Shown: positions 34,596 to 38,007 of the stretch, piece after piece
Layout of the letters: each line of letters opens with the position of its first letter
How positions within the stretch are numbered: position 1 is the stretch's first letter
DNA from: Chiloscyllium plagiosum
Taxonomy: Eukaryota
Direction of reading: 5' to 3'
Length of the DNA stretch: 38,007 nucleotides
NCBI RefSeq assembly: GCF_004010195.1
Contig: NC_057749.1
Span: forward strand, 7,837,701 to 7,875,707
Notes under the pieces: generated by a model
Database searches by the model: none
What the model was told of the DNA's origin: nothing
Seen by the model: the letters and a program-made list of their open reading frames with translations, nothing else
Translations under genes and position numbers: made by a program

Positions 34596-34930
34596 GAGAG
34601 TCATATAGTGCAGAAACAGACCCTTTGGCCCATCTTGTCCATGCCGAGTCCCATTTGCCAGCACCCGGCCCATATCCCTCTGAACCCTTCCTATTCACAT
34701 ACCCATCCAGATGCCTTTTAAATGTTGTAATTGTACCAGACTCCACCATTTTCTCTGGCAGCTCATTCCATACATGCACTGCCCTCAATGTGAAAAAGTT
34801 GTCCCTTAGGTCCCTTTTAAATTTTTCACCCCTCACCTTAAGCCTATGCCCTCTGGTTTTGGACCCCCCTACCCTGGGCAAAAGACATTGGCTATTCATC
34901 CTATCAATGCCCCTCATGGTTTTATAAACT
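34596..34930 (-). mobile_element. CR1/HER1 3' end
   Basis: MRGIDRMNSQCLLPRVGGSKTRGHRLKVRGEKFKRDLRDNFFT. Confidence 0.9.
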
Positions 34931-35709
34931 CCTGCAAGTAAGTGCAGCTGTAACCAGCCACTGTAAACCCACCTGTGGGTAAACCGGTTTACTAGTTAAA
35001 CCAGTTAAACTTGTTCATGTCATTTAGGTTGTCTCCAGGTTGCGAATGGGGTCTGTTGGTAAGTTGGTAGGTATAGAAGTTGTAGCCCACTCCAGCACCA
35101 GATTCTGTTTGTAATCTGGGACACCTCAGAGCTGCCATGGAACTTAAAATGCAGCTCCACTGCGTTCATTTTCAAGCGTGATCTGCAGACAGGAAATAAC
35201 TTTGAAGGACCAAACAGTGGAAATTTCTTTCTGAGGCCAGTTTGACTACCTGCTGCTTTCAGCGTCCATCACAGCCCTGGCCCACATGACAGGAAGGTGA
35301 CCCAGGAGTGAGCTGGAGCTGAGGCAATGGCACTCCGGGAAACAGTGCAAAGTCCCATATCCCTACCATGATTAGGGCGGAAAGATCGAAACCCCTCCTT
35401 TCAGCATTTGTTCACATCAATTTGTACACATTCCTGTGGCTGATTAGAATTCACAGCAGCTCGACAAAACATGCTCGTTCTTATTGTACAGAGCCTCCCC
35501 TCTCTTAATTATAATTTTTAATCTCGCGCACTTAATTTATCTTTGTGACCGTCCTGTCTCATTCCTCAGAATATTCCACCTCTGTGTCATTTGCTAGTAT
35601 ATCCTCACTGCCTGACATTTCTTGGGTTTGATTAATTTTTCTATTCCCGTTCACTGAAGTGAGTGCATCTATTGACTTGTGCGCCATTTATATCGCAGCA
35701 TCTATTTAC

Positions 35710-36590
35710 ACAGAACATAGAGCAGTACAGCACAGGAATGAGCCTTTCGGCCCACGATGTTGTGCTGAACATGATGCCAAATTAAGGTAATCTCTTCTGC
35801 CTGTGCCTTGGTCCATATCCCCCATTCCTTTCATATTCATGTGCTTATCTAAAAATCCCTGAAATGCCCCTTTCGTATCTGCCTCCACCATTACCCCTTG
35901 ACAGTGCCTTCCACCCTCCTACCACTCTCTGTGTAAAAAGGCTTGCCCCTCACATCTCCTTTGAACTTTCCCCCTCTCAATTTAAATGCATGTCCCCTAG
36001 CTTTAGACATTTCAACTCTGGGAAAAAAATTCTGACTGTTAAACCCTATCTCTGCATCTCATAATTTTATAGATTTCTATCACACCTCCCCTCAGCCTCC
36101 GCTGCTCCAGAGAAAATAACCTGAGTTTTTCTGGCCTCTCCTTATAGCTCATACCCTCTAATCCCGGCACCATTCTGGTAAACCTCTACTGCACCCTCTT
36201 CAAAGCCTCCTCACCCCTCCTGGAATCTGGTGACCAGAATTGAATGCAATGCTCTAAGTGTGGCCTAACCAAAGTCTTATAAAACTGCAAGGTGAATCCT
36301 GACTCTTGTACTCAATTCTCTGAACAATAAAGACAAGCGTGCCATATGCCTTCTTTACCAACCTATCTAAGTGTGCGCCCACTATCAGGGAGCTATGGAG
36401 TTGAACCTCAAGATCCCTGTGTTCATCAGTGCTGTTCAGGGGGTCTGCCATTAAACTGCATACTTTTCCTTAACATGCACCTCATACTTACCCAGATTAA
36501 ACTCCACCTGCCATTTCTCTGCCCATATCTGCAACTGATCTATATCCCTCTGCATCCTTTGATAACCTTCTACACTGTCCATAACTCCTT
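35710..36590 (-). mobile_element. CR1 LINE 3' fragment
   Basis: EHRDLEVQLHSSLIVGAHLDRLVKKAYGTLVFIVQRIEYKS; agaacatag tail. Confidence 0.9.
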
Positions 36591-36629
36591 TGTAATTTAT
36601 GTGCATTGTCTTGTCCCTTGCTGAAGCAC

Positions 36630-36983
36630 AGAATCATAGAATCCCTACAGTGTGGAAGCAGGCCATTCGGCCCATCAAGTCCACATCAACCCTCCGAAAA
36701 GCATTCCAACCAGACCCACACACCCCTACCCTAGCCCTGTAACCTTGCATTTCCCATGGCTAATCCACCAAACCTACATGCCCTTCGATGCTATGGGCAA
36801 TTTAGTATGGCAAATCCACCGAACCTGCACATCTTTGGACAATGGGAGGAAACCGGAGGAAACCCATGCGGACACGGGGAGAATGTGCAAACTCCACACA
36901 GTCAGTCACCTGAGGGTGGAATCGAATCCGGGTCCCTGGCGCTGTGAGGAAGCAGTGCTAACCAATGAGCGACCGTGCTGTGC
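36630..36983 (-). mobile_element. HE1-type V-SINE (long-tail variant)
   Basis: agaatcatagaatc tail, V-type core and head. Confidence 0.92.
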
Positions 36984-37567
36984 CCTTCTGCATGCTGAAC
37001 ACTTCTAGAAGAATGTGCCACAGATTTGAAGAACTTTTAATGTCAGTGCACAAAGTCTGGTATTTCTCTAACAGTGTGAAGAGAAAGCACGACACTTGGC
37101 TTTTTGTCAATAATTTAGTGCCACTCATGAGCTGAAACTCTGCAGCCATAAATATAAACAGTAGGACTTTGTGTTCATGTTGAAAACATCCTGTTTTTCA
37201 AAGTAAATGTGAGCACAAAACAGAGCCTTGGGCTTTGGCTCCACACTGTGTTATCTTAAAGCAGAAACATTGCGAATAATTTTTTTTGAAAAAATTCTTG
37301 ACAGTGGAAGCTCTTTCTTCTTCTGCTCATGTTTTGTTGGAGGTTGTTTATGTCATTTTTTTTAACAAAACAAAATCGATCCTGAACTTTTTAATATCAT
37401 GCATGAGCCAACTAAAAACATTCAGCCTGACTGGTATTGTTGATCCGAATTTCACTAGTTTTCTGAGTTTGAAAGAAACTTATTGCAGAAAATCTGGGCA
37501 TTGGTGGCAAAGCCAACCATTATTGCTCATCCCTAATTATCCTGGAGCTGAATAAGTTGCAAAGTCA

Positions 37568-37801
37568 GTTTGATTGATCGATTATTGTCACGTGTACTGA
37601 GATACAGTGAAAAGTGTTGTTTTGTGTGCTATGCAGGCAGATCATACCATATACAAAGTGCCTCGGGGCAGCAGAACAAAATACAGAATACCGTGTTACA
37701 GCCACAGAGAAGGGGCAGAGAAATAGAACTCAACATTAAAATTTGAGAGGTCTGTTCAACTGTCTAATAACAGTGGGGAAGAAACTGTTCTTGAATCTGT
37801 T
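37568..37801 (-). mobile_element. Rex1/Babar 3' tail
   Basis: Homologous to 6581-6820. Confidence 0.8.
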
Positions 37802-38007
37802 CATAGAACATAGAACATAGAAAAGTACAGCACGGAACAGGCCCTTTGACCCATGACGTTGTGCCAAGATTTAAGCCTAATGTAAAATATAGTAACTTAA
37901 CCTACGCACCCCTCAATTCACTGCTCTCCATGTGCATGTCCAGCAGTCGCTTAAATGTCCCCAATGACTCTGTTTCCACCACCACAGCTGGCAACGCATT
38001 CCATGCA
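37802..38007 (-). mobile_element. CR1 3' end (runs off the window end)
   Basis: (catagaa)n tail; ttaaatgtc...tccaccaccacagctggcaacgcattcca. Confidence 0.85.

Overview
Eukaryotic, repeat-dense DNA from a cartilaginous fish, probably a carpet/bamboo shark (inferred from HE1 V-SINEs and HER1/CR1 LINE tails). It looks intronic or intergenic. No intact host gene, rRNA, tRNA gene or CRISPR array is supported; one 149-bp candidate exon lies at 4826-4974. Most of the window is decayed or 5'-truncated retroelements: CR1/HER1 LINE 3' ends, Rex1/Babar LINE fragments, L2/CR1-like fragments, nine HE1 SINEs, Deu-domain and other tRNA-like SINEs, two Penelope-like element (PLE) endonuclease remnants, and a Ty3/Gypsy gag-protease relic. 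There is also a 27-bp minisatellite and a 612-N gap. Three observations stand out. (1) Many short fold-back PLE-LTR insertions, several with 12-15 bp target-site duplications, carry minimal hammerhead-ribozyme cores near the inversion point. (2) Two separate inverted-repeat structures have centres filled by ~100-bp copies of DNA 0.7-1.1 kb away, with microhomology junctions; this is either templated repair or a read-length assembly artefact. (3) Two otherwise divergent neighbouring CR1 copies share a ~155-bp identical tract. Family names come from motif recognition by eye, not from database searches, and most boundaries are approximate.
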